Assembly (NCBI GenBank): GCA_029820295.1
Contig: JALGVA010000003.1
Span: 4,161-68,160 of the forward strand
Length of the DNA stretch: 64,000 bases
Source of the DNA: Candidatus Zipacnadia bacterium
GTDB lineage: Bacteria; Armatimonadota; Zipacnadia; Zipacnadales; UBA5352
Direction: 5' to 3'
This document shows positions 10,113-19,101 of the stretch, piece by piece (positions within the stretch are counted from its first letter, which is position 1; each line of letters opens with the position of its first letter). The notes under the pieces are model-generated. The model was not told the origin of the DNA. It made no database searches and worked only from the letters and a program-made list of their open reading frames with translations. Made by a program: the position numbers and the translations under genes.

Positions 10113-10234
10113 CGCTGATCCCTCGCCTGCTGTCACGACGCTGACCGGTCGCGGCGGCGCGACGCGCCGCACGGCGCAGTTTACACGAAGCGCGCACGGG
10201 CGGCAAGCCCCGCCGCAGGCCGCTCGCGATCTCC

Positions 10235-10262
10235 TCAAGCAGAGAGCGCGAACGGCTGATAT
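10235..10262 (+). promoter_or_regulatory. sigma28 (FliA/SigD/WhiG)-like promoter
   Basis: TCAAG-N15-GCTGATAT, followed by a hairpin at 10270-10296. Confidence 0.45.
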
Positions 10263-10353
10263 ATGTACTGACCGCCGCCGTGTGCTGGCGGCGGTCGCAC
10301 GGACCACGCGCCCGGCGACGCAGGCGCGAACGTCGATCCCGGAGGGCTCGGGC

Positions 10354-11046
10354 ATGGCGGGGACGGTGCTGCTGGCAGCGCGTGACCGCGACGACATCGA
10401 CCGGCTGCACGATGGCCTGCAGGAACTGGACATGGCGGTGGCGCCGGCATCAACCGGCGCCGAGGCGCTTGAGCGCGCTGAGCAGCTCAGGCCCGACGTC
10501 GTGGTGCTGGTGCTCGACTTCCCGGACATCCACGGTCTCGACGTGTGCCGCCGACTGCGCCGCAGCAGCGACGTGCCGCTGATCGTCATGGCCGAGGGCG
10601 CGAGTGACCTCGACCGTGTGCTGGCCCTCGAACTGGGCGCGGATGTCGTCATCGCGGGCCCGTGCGACTGCGGCGAACTACGCGAACGTATCCGGGCCGC
10701 CCTCCGGCGTACCGCCGAAGCGGAGAGGGAACGCGGCAGTGACCGCGACGTGCTCGAGTTCCGCGACCTGGTGATTGACCGACGGACGCACACGGTCACC
10801 ATCGAGGGGGCGTGCGAGCAGCTCACGCCGATGGAGATGGACCTGCTGTGGGCGCTGGCCAGTCGCCCGGGCGAGGTGATCCGGTCGGCCACGCTGCTGC
10901 GCGAGGTCTGGGGCTATCCGGAGGGTGTGCGCACGCGGACGCTCGACGTGCACATCGGCCGCGTGCGCCGCAAGCTCGGTGAGGACGGGCAGAGTCCGAG
11001 GCATATCGTCACCGTGCGCGGGGTGGGTTACCGCTTCGAACCGTGA
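10354..11046 (+). CDS. OmpR/PhoB-family response regulator with a degenerate receiver domain
   Basis: wHTH motifs LTPMEMDLL, RTLDVHIGRVRRKL and TVRGVGYRF; receiver lacks the phospho-Asp and conserved Lys. Confidence 0.88.
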   Translation: MAGTVLLAARDRDDIDRLHDGLQELDMAVAPASTGAEALERAEQLRPDVVVLVLDFPDIHGLDVCRRLRRSSDVPLIVMAEGASDLDRVLALELGADVVIAGPCDCGELRERIRAALRRTAEAERERGSDRDVLEFRDLVIDRRTHTVTIEGACEQLTPMEMDLLWALASRPGEVIRSATLLREVWGYPEGVRTRTLDVHIGRVRRKLGEDGQSPRHIVTVRGVGYRFEP

Positions 11047-11159
11047 CCTGACGCGGGGCGCCGCGCAACAGCCGCGCCCCCCTGTCACCTCGAATCGAGA
11101 GGCCGAAGCGGTGTGCGCTCCGGCCCCGATGCTGTCAAGTTCGCGGCCATGCGGCGTGC

Positions 11160-11465
11160 TCAGCTCTCGCCCGCGGGGGCGGAGGCCAGGGCGCCGTGGG
11201 GCGGCTCGGCCTCAGCGGCGTGGTAGTCGCCATCGGGGCATGCAACGGTTGACCACTGGTAGTAGGGGTCGCCGATGCTCGTAGCGGGCATGGGCGGAGG
11301 GAAGTCGGCCATGTGGGCGTGCACTGCCGCCCGCACCTCGGCCCGGGCCTGGACCGCCGCCTCGCGCGTGAGGCCGGGGACCATGACGCTCGCCATCACG
11401 GCCAGCAGCGCCGCGGCCATGGCGATGGTGCGCACGATCCTGCTTCGCCGCTCTCCCCGCTGCAT
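11160..11465 (-). CDS. Small hypothetical protein with an N-terminal TM/signal segment
   Basis: MQRGERRSRIVRTIAMAAALLAVMASVMVPG...; lies just downstream of a sigma28-like promoter. Confidence 0.5.
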   Translation of the reverse strand: MQRGERRSRIVRTIAMAAALLAVMASVMVPGLTREAAVQARAEVRAAVHAHMADFPPPMPATSIGDPYYQWSTVACPDGDYHAAEAEPPHGALASAPAGES

Positions 11466-11509
11466 CGCTCTCGCCTCGCACCCCGCTACATCGGTGTCCT
11501 TCACCATGC

Positions 11510-11536
11510 ATATCGGCGCGAGGTCGGGGAACTTGA
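11510..11536 (-). promoter_or_regulatory. sigma28-like promoter
   Basis: TCAAG-N14-GCCGATAT on the minus strand, near consensus. Confidence 0.65.
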
Positions 11537-11585
11537 GGGGCTGCCGCTGAGTTCGCTGCAGGAGGCCGAGGCGCGTCCCGGTTTC

Positions 11586-11614
11586 TTGACTCGCCCCCTG
11601 CGATGACCTACAAT
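11586..11614 (+). promoter_or_regulatory. sigma70-type promoter for the apgM operon
   Basis: TTGACT-N17-TACAAT. Confidence 0.75.
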
Positions 11615-11660
11615 CGGCGCGCACCGGCCGCGCGTGAGGGAGTAAAATGGAGGAGTATTG

Positions 11661-12914
11661 GTGACGAACTCAGCGAAAGGTGTAATCTTTATTGGCGACG
11701 GCATGGGCGGGCGTCCCGTGCCGGAGCTTGGTGGCATGACGACCCTCGAAGCGCAGGAGACCCCGGCGCTGGATCTCGTCGCGCGTGAGGGCGCGTGCGG
11801 GCTGATGGACCCGATCGCCCCGGGCATCCCGGCGGGCAGCGACACCGCGCACATGGCGATCCTGGGCTACGATCCGCACACGTACTACCGCGGCCGCGGT
11901 CCCTTCGAGGCCAAGGGCGTGGGCATCGACGTGCAAGTGGGCGACGTGGCCTTCCGCTGCAATTTCTCGACGGTCGAGGAGCGCAGGGTCGTTGACCGGC
12001 GCGCCGGGCGCATCAAGGAGGGCACCGACCAGCTCGCGGCGGCTATCTCCGAGGACGTCCCGACGGTCGAGGACGTCGAGATCATCTTCAAGCCCTCGGT
12101 CGAGCATCGCGCGGCGCTGGTGCTGCGTGGCCCGGGCCTGTCGCATGAGATCAGCGAGGTCGATCCACACGACCCGGGCGTGGACTACCTGAAGTCGCAT
12201 CCGCTCCCGGGAGCCGAGGATCCGGAGGCCGCTGAGAAGACGGCGCGCGTGCTCAATGAGTTTGTCGAGCGCACGCACGAGGTGCTCGAGGGCCATCCCG
12301 TCAACCGGCAGCGGCGCGCAGCCGGCGAGTTGCCCGCGAACATCGTGCTGCCGCGGGGGGCGGGCACGGCCGTCCAGTTGCAGCCGCTGAGCGAGCGCTA
12401 CGGCCTGCATGCGGCCATGATCGTCGAGGTGGACCTGGTCCGCGGGCTCGGGCAGTACCTGGACATGGACGTCATCAAGGTCGATGGAGCTACCGGCGGC
12501 CAGGACACCGACGAGATGGCCATCGCCGCGGCGGTGGCGGCGGCGCTGGACGACCACGACTTCGTGCTGGCGAACATCAAGGCCCCGGACCTGGGCGGCC
12601 ACGACGGCAACTGCCGCATGAAGATGGAGGCCATCGCCAAGGTGGACCGCGCGGTCGGGCACATCCTCGACGAGGTGGACTTCGCGACCACCACCATCAT
12701 GATCACCGCCGACCACAGCACGCCCTGCAGCGTCAAGGACCACAGTGGCGATGCGGTGCCGGTCGCGTTCTACGGGCGAGGGGTGCGGCCCGATGACGTG
12801 GAGCGCTACGGCGAGCGCGCGTGCGGCAAGGGCATCATGGGGCACCTGCGCGGCATGGAGGTCATGCACGTGCTCACCAACATGATGGGCCGGGCGGAGA
12901 AGTTCGGGGCATGA
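11661..12914 (+). CDS. apgM: 2,3-bisphosphoglycerate-independent phosphoglycerate mutase, archaeal type
   Basis: GDGMGG, GSDTAH, GRGPFEA, DRRAGRI, DLGGHDG, TADHSTP. Confidence 0.9.
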   Translation: MTNSAKGVIFIGDGMGGRPVPELGGMTTLEAQETPALDLVAREGACGLMDPIAPGIPAGSDTAHMAILGYDPHTYYRGRGPFEAKGVGIDVQVGDVAFRCNFSTVEERRVVDRRAGRIKEGTDQLAAAISEDVPTVEDVEIIFKPSVEHRAALVLRGPGLSHEISEVDPHDPGVDYLKSHPLPGAEDPEAAEKTARVLNEFVERTHEVLEGHPVNRQRRAAGELPANIVLPRGAGTAVQLQPLSERYGLHAAMIVEVDLVRGLGQYLDMDVIKVDGATGGQDTDEMAIAAAVAAALDDHDFVLANIKAPDLGGHDGNCRMKMEAIAKVDRAVGHILDEVDFATTTIMITADHSTPCSVKDHSGDAVPVAFYGRGVRPDDVERYGERACGKGIMGHLRGMEVMHVLTNMMGRAEKFGA

Positions 12915-14137
12915 GAGCGGTGCTCGCGGCGGCGATGCTCGGGCTGCTGACGCTCACGGCGGCCGGTGAGGTCGTCCGCGGGCCGTCGCCCGAAGTGGCG
13001 GTCGCGAACGCCCCGCCGGGTCCCGAGAGCTTTCGTATTCGCATCACGAACACCGCCGGGGGCGAGGTCGCGGTCAGCCGTGACCTGGGCGCATCGTGGC
13101 TGAATCTCGGCACAGTGACGGCGCCCGCGACGGCGGTGAATCCTGCGGGCTACACGGCCAGCCGGTGGGCGGCCGACGCGAGTGTGTGCGCCTCGGCGGT
13201 CAACGCGGTGCACATCAAGGTCGCCGACCATCCGGAGACCGGGCGCGGCGTGATCTTCTCGGTAATCCCCGCCGGCCACACAGTCGGCGCCGCTGAGGGC
13301 CATCCGAGCACGGCCATCGCGACCGACATCCCCGGCGGTGCGGGCATCTTCGGGGGGGGCTTAACGCCACAGGTCAACTCGCCGGTCTTCGTCGTGCGCG
13401 AGGGCGTGCCCGTGCGGCTCGGGCCGGACTACGTTCCGGTCGAGGGCGATGTGATTGTCATCGTCGTGCACGAACCGCCCGTGGCCGTAACCGCACTTGA
13501 GTTCGACAACGCCTTCGGTGGCCTGATCCGTGCGAGCTTCGGCGATGGCAGCGAGCGGGTGATCGGCCAGGTGCTGCGCCCGGTCGTCGGGATCGGGCGC
13601 TTCCCGGGCACCATCGACGCCGCGCCGGGGCGGCTGCGCGCCAACCATCCGGGGGTTATCGACATCTCGACCTCGCCGGTGGGCCTGGTGGGAGGCTTCC
13701 AGATCGTGCCGCGTGGGCACGCCGGCAGTCCGGAACTGAGCTACGTGCTCACCTCAACCCAGTGGATGGTGGTCGGGCCGGTGAGCGCGCTTGAGCCATC
13801 ATGGGAGGGGGTGGCGCCGCTCTTCGCGGGCTACCTGGCGCCCAGCTACCGCGCCGACGATCTGGAGCACGACGACTGGATGGAGCGCCTGCTCTCGCGC
13901 TGCCAGGTGCAGGTTCGGTTCGGCGATGGCGACTGGGAGCTGATGCCGCGCATCGCCATCGACCCCGACGCGCCCGCGGACGCCAACACGCATGATCGCG
14001 GGCGCAGCGGTCTGTGGCGCATCGCAAGCAGCCTGCTTCCCTACGCGCCGCTGTCGAGCACCGCGAACACGGCGCTGAGCGGAGTCACGGCCATTCGCAT
14101 CCTGCTGCCGCGCGCGCAGTTCTGGCCGGGCGAGTGA
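12911..14137 (+). CDS. Secreted hypothetical protein with an internal duplication
   Basis: Signal peptide MRAVLAAAMLGLLTLTAAG; ATGA overlap with the apgM stop. Confidence 0.75.
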   Translation: MRAVLAAAMLGLLTLTAAGEVVRGPSPEVAVANAPPGPESFRIRITNTAGGEVAVSRDLGASWLNLGTVTAPATAVNPAGYTASRWAADASVCASAVNAVHIKVADHPETGRGVIFSVIPAGHTVGAAEGHPSTAIATDIPGGAGIFGGGLTPQVNSPVFVVREGVPVRLGPDYVPVEGDVIVIVVHEPPVAVTALEFDNAFGGLIRASFGDGSERVIGQVLRPVVGIGRFPGTIDAAPGRLRANHPGVIDISTSPVGLVGGFQIVPRGHAGSPELSYVLTSTQWMVVGPVSALEPSWEGVAPLFAGYLAPSYRADDLEHDDWMERLLSRCQVQVRFGDGDWELMPRIAIDPDAPADANTHDRGRSGLWRIASSLLPYAPLSSTANTALSGVTAIRILLPRAQFWPGE

Positions 14138-14139
14138 CT

Positions 14140-14946
14140 ATGCCTGCCGACTACGTGCATGGCTACTCACAGCGCGAGGCGCAGAGGCTGCACGACCAGG
14201 CGGCCTCGGTGCGCGACCTGCTGCACCACGACACGGCCTTTGCGCCGGGCGAGCTGGTGCTCGAGCCCGGCTGCGGCGTCGGCGCGCAGACGGTGACGCT
14301 GGCGGCGGACAGCCCGGAGGCCAGCTTCATCGGCGTCGATATCGCTTGCGAGTCCGCGCGTGAGGCACGGAGACTGGTGGGCACGCGCGGGCTGACCAAC
14401 GTCGAGTTCGCCAGCGCCGACATCTACCGGCTGCCTTTCCGGGAGGCGCAGTTCGACCACGTTTTCCTGTGCTACGTGCTCGAACACGTGCCGGACCCGG
14501 ACGGTGCGCTGGCGTCGCTGCGACGGGTGGTGCGTGAGGGCGGCACGATCACGGTCATTGAGGGCGACCACGGATCGTGCTACTTCCACCCGGACACGCC
14601 GGCGGCGCGCGCGGCCTGGAAGTGTCTGATCGACGTGCAGGCCGCGATCGGGGGCGATTCGCTGATCGGCCGGCGGCTCTACCCGCTGCTGGCGTGCGCA
14701 GGCTTTCGCGAGGTCGCGGTCTCGCCGCGTATGATCTACGCGGACGCGAGCAGGCCGGCGCTGCGCCACAGCTTCGTGGCGACGACGATCACGCCGATGG
14801 TCGAGGGCGCGCGCGAGCAGGCGCTGGCCATGGGCATGATCGACGAAGCGACCTGGGAGCAGGGGATCCGCGAGCTGCACGCGATCCCCGAGGGCGGCGA
14901 AGGCACATTCTGCTACACGTTCTTCAAGGCGGTTGCGCGCCGATGA
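14140..14946 (+). CDS. Class I SAM-dependent methyltransferase
   Basis: VLEPGCGVG motif I; FDHVFLCYVLEH. Confidence 0.88.
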   Translation: MPADYVHGYSQREAQRLHDQAASVRDLLHHDTAFAPGELVLEPGCGVGAQTVTLAADSPEASFIGVDIACESAREARRLVGTRGLTNVEFASADIYRLPFREAQFDHVFLCYVLEHVPDPDGALASLRRVVREGGTITVIEGDHGSCYFHPDTPAARAAWKCLIDVQAAIGGDSLIGRRLYPLLACAGFREVAVSPRMIYADASRPALRHSFVATTITPMVEGAREQALAMGMIDEATWEQGIRELHAIPEGGEGTFCYTFFKAVARR

Positions 14947-15647
14947 GTGCGGGACGCACCGAGAGGATGCTGCGGGCGAGGTTCGGGCTGCTGGTCAGCC
15001 TGCCGCGCAACGACGTCGAGATGGCGCGCGCGGCACTGGAGGCGGGCGCCGACGGCCTGAAGGTGCACATAGGCCTGGAGCACTTCGCGTCGGGCCTGAG
15101 CACAGGCAGCCTGGACGAGGAGGCCGACGCCATCGCGGCCATCTGCGCTCTCGGCGCGCCGGTGGGCATCGTGCCGGGGCTGGGCGAGCGGCAGGCGACG
15201 CGGGCGGAGATGCTGCGTCTGGCGGAGATCGGCATCGACTTCTTCGACCTCTACGCGGCCGACATGCCGGCGTGGATGCTGGCGATGGACGACTGCCCGA
15301 TGTCGGTGATGGTGGCCTTCAGCGCGACCTGCCGGCCGTGGGCGTTGGTGGAGAGCCTGGGCGCGCGCAGCCGCCCGGACCTGATCGAGGCGTCGATCAT
15401 GCCGCACGAGGTTTACGGGTGTGGGTTGACGGCGGCGGACATCTCGGAGTACGCTGAGATCGCGTACCGCGCCGTGCAGCCGGTGATCGTGCCGACGCAG
15501 AAGGCCATCCAGCCCGCCGAGGTAGGGCCGCTGATGGACGCGGGCGCGGCCGGCGTGCTGATCGGCGCCATCGTCACCGGCAGCGAGGCGGCCACTATCG
15601 CGGCGGCGACGGAGCGCTTCCGCAGTGCGATCGACGGTCGCGCCTGA
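14943..15647 (+). CDS. Hypothetical protein, probable phosphate-binding TIM barrel
   Basis: GADGLKVH and C-terminal GAAGVLIGAIVTG; ATGA coupling with the upstream gene. Confidence 0.65.
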   Translation: MSAGRTERMLRARFGLLVSLPRNDVEMARAALEAGADGLKVHIGLEHFASGLSTGSLDEEADAIAAICALGAPVGIVPGLGERQATRAEMLRLAEIGIDFFDLYAADMPAWMLAMDDCPMSVMVAFSATCRPWALVESLGARSRPDLIEASIMPHEVYGCGLTAADISEYAEIAYRAVQPVIVPTQKAIQPAEVGPLMDAGAAGVLIGAIVTGSEAATIAAATERFRSAIDGRA

Positions 15648-15668
15648 GCCAGGCAGGAGGGACAGGGC

Positions 15669-17342
15669 GTGTCGCTGAGACATCGCGCACACCGGGTCAT
15701 CTACGTGCCACTCGACGACCGGCCGTGCAACGCCAGGTTCCCGCGGCTGCTCGCGCGCATGGTGGACTTCGAGCTGGTCATGCCACCACGCGAGCTGCTG
15801 GGTGACGCCCAGAACGCGGCGCAGCCGGCGCGCATAGCCGAGTGGCTCGCGGAGCCGCACGGGCGCATCGACTGCGCGATCCTGTCGATCGACATGCTCG
15901 CTTACGGCGGGCTGGTGCTCTCCCGCACGATGGCCGTCCCGGGAGACACCGCACTCAACCGCCTCGATGTGCTGGCCCGCCTGCGTGAGGTCTACGCCGA
16001 GAGCGCGATCTATGCCTTCAACGTGATCATGCGCCTGTCGATCACGGCGAACTCGCCGCAGACGGGGCAGTACTGGGAGGCGATGCGTCAGTACTCCGAG
16101 CTGGTCTGGCGCGTGAACCGCCGGGGCGAGGACGAGCTGGCGCCGCGCGTGGCCGAGCTTGAGCAGCAGATCCCGCCGGAGATCATCAGCGACTACCGGA
16201 CCGCGCGCGAGCGCAACCACTGGGTGAACCTGCGCGTTATCGACGAGACCGCCGCGCACAACATCGACTTCCTGGCGCTCACCCAGGAGGACGCCGCGCA
16301 GTTCGGGCCGCACATCGACGAGCAGGAGCGGCTGCGCGACCGGATCGCGTCGCGGAACGTCGAGGACCGCGTCATGATCTACCCCGGCGCGGACGAGGCG
16401 GGCATGACGCTGCTGGCGCGCTTCATCCACCGGCACATGCTCAGGACCCCGACGGTGCGCGTGCTCTACTCGTCGGAGGAGGGCGCGGAGCGGACCGCGA
16501 CCTTCGAGGACCGGCCGGTGCGCGAGACCGTAGAGGCGCATGTGTCGGCGGTGGGCGCCGAGTTGGCCGACGACGGCGACGCGGCCGACATCGTGCTGGC
16601 GGTGAGCACCCCCGCGGAGGGGCGGCGCGATGACTACGTCCGTGGTGCGGCGCGCGACCGCCGTCGCCGGGAGGTGCGCGGGCTGCTGGAGGCGGCGGCC
16701 GATGCCACCGACCGGCGCCTGGTGCTCGCCGACGTGGCCTTCCCCAACGGCGCGGACGAGGCGCTGATGCGCGAGCTGCGGCACAGCCAGATCCCACTGC
16801 ACTCGCTGCTGTCGTTCGCGGCCTGGAATACCGCCGGCAACTCCATCGGCTCGGCGCTGGCGCATGGGACGTTGCGGCTGCTGGCGCTGCAGGACAAGGG
16901 CGCCTTCGACCTCGCACAACTGCTGGCCGACATCCCGCCCATGCGCTACCTCGAGCTGCTCAACTCGCTCATCGACAGTGAGCGCGCGCATGTCGAGTTC
17001 CTCTTCGGCCGCTTCACCGACGACTGGCTCTACCAGTCGCGCGTGCGCCCCCAGGTGACCGAGCGGGTGGTGCGACTGCTCGAGGCCTCGACCTTCGACC
17101 TCGCCACCAGCTACCGGCAGACCGAGCGCATGGTGGCCCAGGAGCTGGGCGCGGCCGCGAGCGACCTGTGGACCGACCACTTCCTGGCGCAGGAGATGGT
17201 GCAGATCGGCGTTGACCAGAGCCGCTCGAGCCTGGTGCTCGACGCGCTCGAGGAGACGAGAGTGCGGCTGCCCTGGCGGCGCATGTTCGAAGTGGACCTG
17301 GACTTCACGTTCGGCATGGAGCTGGTGCCCGGCGGCGAGTGA
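15669..17342 (+). CDS. DUF4127 family protein
   Basis: YVPLDDRPCN, SIDMLAYGGLV, YPGADE, DVAFPNGAD, AAWNTAGNSIG. Confidence 0.8.
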   Translation: MSLRHRAHRVIYVPLDDRPCNARFPRLLARMVDFELVMPPRELLGDAQNAAQPARIAEWLAEPHGRIDCAILSIDMLAYGGLVLSRTMAVPGDTALNRLDVLARLREVYAESAIYAFNVIMRLSITANSPQTGQYWEAMRQYSELVWRVNRRGEDELAPRVAELEQQIPPEIISDYRTARERNHWVNLRVIDETAAHNIDFLALTQEDAAQFGPHIDEQERLRDRIASRNVEDRVMIYPGADEAGMTLLARFIHRHMLRTPTVRVLYSSEEGAERTATFEDRPVRETVEAHVSAVGAELADDGDAADIVLAVSTPAEGRRDDYVRGAARDRRRREVRGLLEAAADATDRRLVLADVAFPNGADEALMRELRHSQIPLHSLLSFAAWNTAGNSIGSALAHGTLRLLALQDKGAFDLAQLLADIPPMRYLELLNSLIDSERAHVEFLFGRFTDDWLYQSRVRPQVTERVVRLLEASTFDLATSYRQTERMVAQELGAAASDLWTDHFLAQEMVQIGVDQSRSSLVLDALEETRVRLPWRRMFEVDLDFTFGMELVPGGE

Positions 17343-17426
17343 GTCGCACGGGCCGCGGTGCATCGGGAACGGCGCGCCCGCGCGGCGCGCCGAGTTCGTG
17401 TCACGAGGAAGCGGGGCGAAGCGACC

Positions 17427-18536
17427 ATGGACGACATCCGTCTGGCGTTGATCGGCACGGGGCAGAACATGATCGGGCATCTGCGCTCGCTGGTGCATAT
17501 CGACGGCGTGCGCATCGCGGGCATGGCGGACGTGGACCCCGAGCGCATGGCGCTGGCGCAGCAGCAGGTCGAGCACGACGTGCCCGCCTACCTGGACTAC
17601 CGCGACCTGCTCGGCGAGGTGGAGGCCGACGCGGTGTTCATCGCGGTGCCCAACTACCTGCACCGCCAGGTCACCTGCGACTGCCTGGACGCCGGGTTGC
17701 ACGTAATGTGCGAGAAGCCGATGGCGACCAGCGTGGCCGACTGCGACGCGATGATCGCCGCCGCCGAGCGTAATGAGCGCATCCTCCAGGTCGGGCTCTC
17801 GTGCCGGTTCTCACGGGTGGACTCGAAGGCCTGCGAACTGGTGGCGGCGGGCGAGATCGGTGAGCCGGTGATGGTGTGGGCGCGCGAGTTCCGGGCGCCG
17901 TTCGCGAAGAAGTTCCAGGACTGGATATTGGACGACACGCGCTCGGGGGGCACGCTGCTGGAGAAAACCTGCCATCACTTCGACCTGTTCAACTGGTTCG
18001 CAGGGGCGGGGCCGCAGGGCGCGGCGAACCCGACCCGCGTCTACGCCTCCGGTGGCGCCGACTGGGTCTATGCCGACATCGCGCGCCTGCCGGAGGGCCG
18101 GACCGAGGCGGAGGCCCCCACGGTGAACATCCTCGACAACGCCTTCGTGACGGTGGACTACGACACCGGGGCGCGCGCCAACCTGGCGCTGTGCATGTTC
18201 GCCGACCACGGGCGCAAGCTCGAGATCGGCATCCAGGGGACGCACGGGACCGTGGTCTACTACCGCCTGGAGTTCCGCGTAGAGCTGTACAACGCGGACC
18301 ATCGCGGCGAGGCGTCGGTCATCGACATCGAGATACCGGACCAGGAGATGCACTGGAGCCACCATGGCCAGGCCTACCTCGAGCAGCTCTACTTCTTCGA
18401 CTGCGTGCGCGAGGGGCGCCGGCCGGAGGTGGATGGCTACGTGGGCAAGCGCGCGGTCGAGATCTCGCTGGCGGCGGAGCGATCGGCCAAGACCCACGCG
18501 CCGGTGGAATACGAAGCAACGCGCCTGCCAGGATAG
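17427..18536 (+). CDS. Gfo/Idh/MocA oxidoreductase
   Basis: HVMCEKPMA, GGTLLEKTCHHFD. Confidence 0.9.
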   Translation: MDDIRLALIGTGQNMIGHLRSLVHIDGVRIAGMADVDPERMALAQQQVEHDVPAYLDYRDLLGEVEADAVFIAVPNYLHRQVTCDCLDAGLHVMCEKPMATSVADCDAMIAAAERNERILQVGLSCRFSRVDSKACELVAAGEIGEPVMVWAREFRAPFAKKFQDWILDDTRSGGTLLEKTCHHFDLFNWFAGAGPQGAANPTRVYASGGADWVYADIARLPEGRTEAEAPTVNILDNAFVTVDYDTGARANLALCMFADHGRKLEIGIQGTHGTVVYYRLEFRVELYNADHRGEASVIDIEIPDQEMHWSHHGQAYLEQLYFFDCVREGRRPEVDGYVGKRAVEISLAAERSAKTHAPVEYEATRLPG

Positions 18537-18588
18537 GCGCCCGCCCTTGCAGTCTGCCGGTTCCGGGTTGCCGGTTACCGATTCTCGA

Positions 18589-19092
18589 CTACTTCAGCCC
18601 CACCAGCTCGCGCATCTGCGCGACGACCTCCTCGGCGCGCTCGGGGCTCTTAATCGACATGCTCTCGTACAGGCGCACGGTCTCACCGCTCTTCAGGCGG
18701 AAGACCGGCAGCAGGTAAGGGACGTTGTCGGCGGTTGAGACATCGCGCGTGATCTGCTCCAGCTCTATCGCGCGGATCTCCCCGAAGCCGAACTCCCGCT
18801 CCGTCACCTGGCCACGCTCGCTGGCGACCAGCCGGACCACGCGGCGGTCGCCGTCAAAGCTGATCTCCCAGCGCCCGCGGCGCGGTGAGCGCATGAACAA
18901 CAGCAGGCCGATCCCGGCGAGCCCGCACAGTCCGCCGAAGCCGAGCGTCCACCAGTTGGGCCCGCGCAGCAGGCCGAGGACCGCCAGCACCACGCCGACC
19001 AGCAGCAGGACGACGATGCTGCAGCCCATGGCGCAGCGCGCACCGCGGTCCGCGGCCTCCCAGGTGACGACGTTCTCGCCCGCCTCGCTCAT
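18589..19092 (-). CDS. Hypothetical membrane protein (2 TM segments)
   Basis: Two hydrophobic N-terminal segments; directly follows the GH116 gene. Confidence 0.7.
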   Translation of the reverse strand: MSEAGENVVTWEAADRGARCAMGCSIVVLLLVGVVLAVLGLLRGPNWWTLGFGGLCGLAGIGLLLFMRSPRRGRWEISFDGDRRVVRLVASERGQVTEREFGFGEIRAIELEQITRDVSTADNVPYLLPVFRLKSGETVRLYESMSIKSPERAEEVVAQMRELVGLK

Positions 19093-19101
19093 GGCGTGCC
19101 C

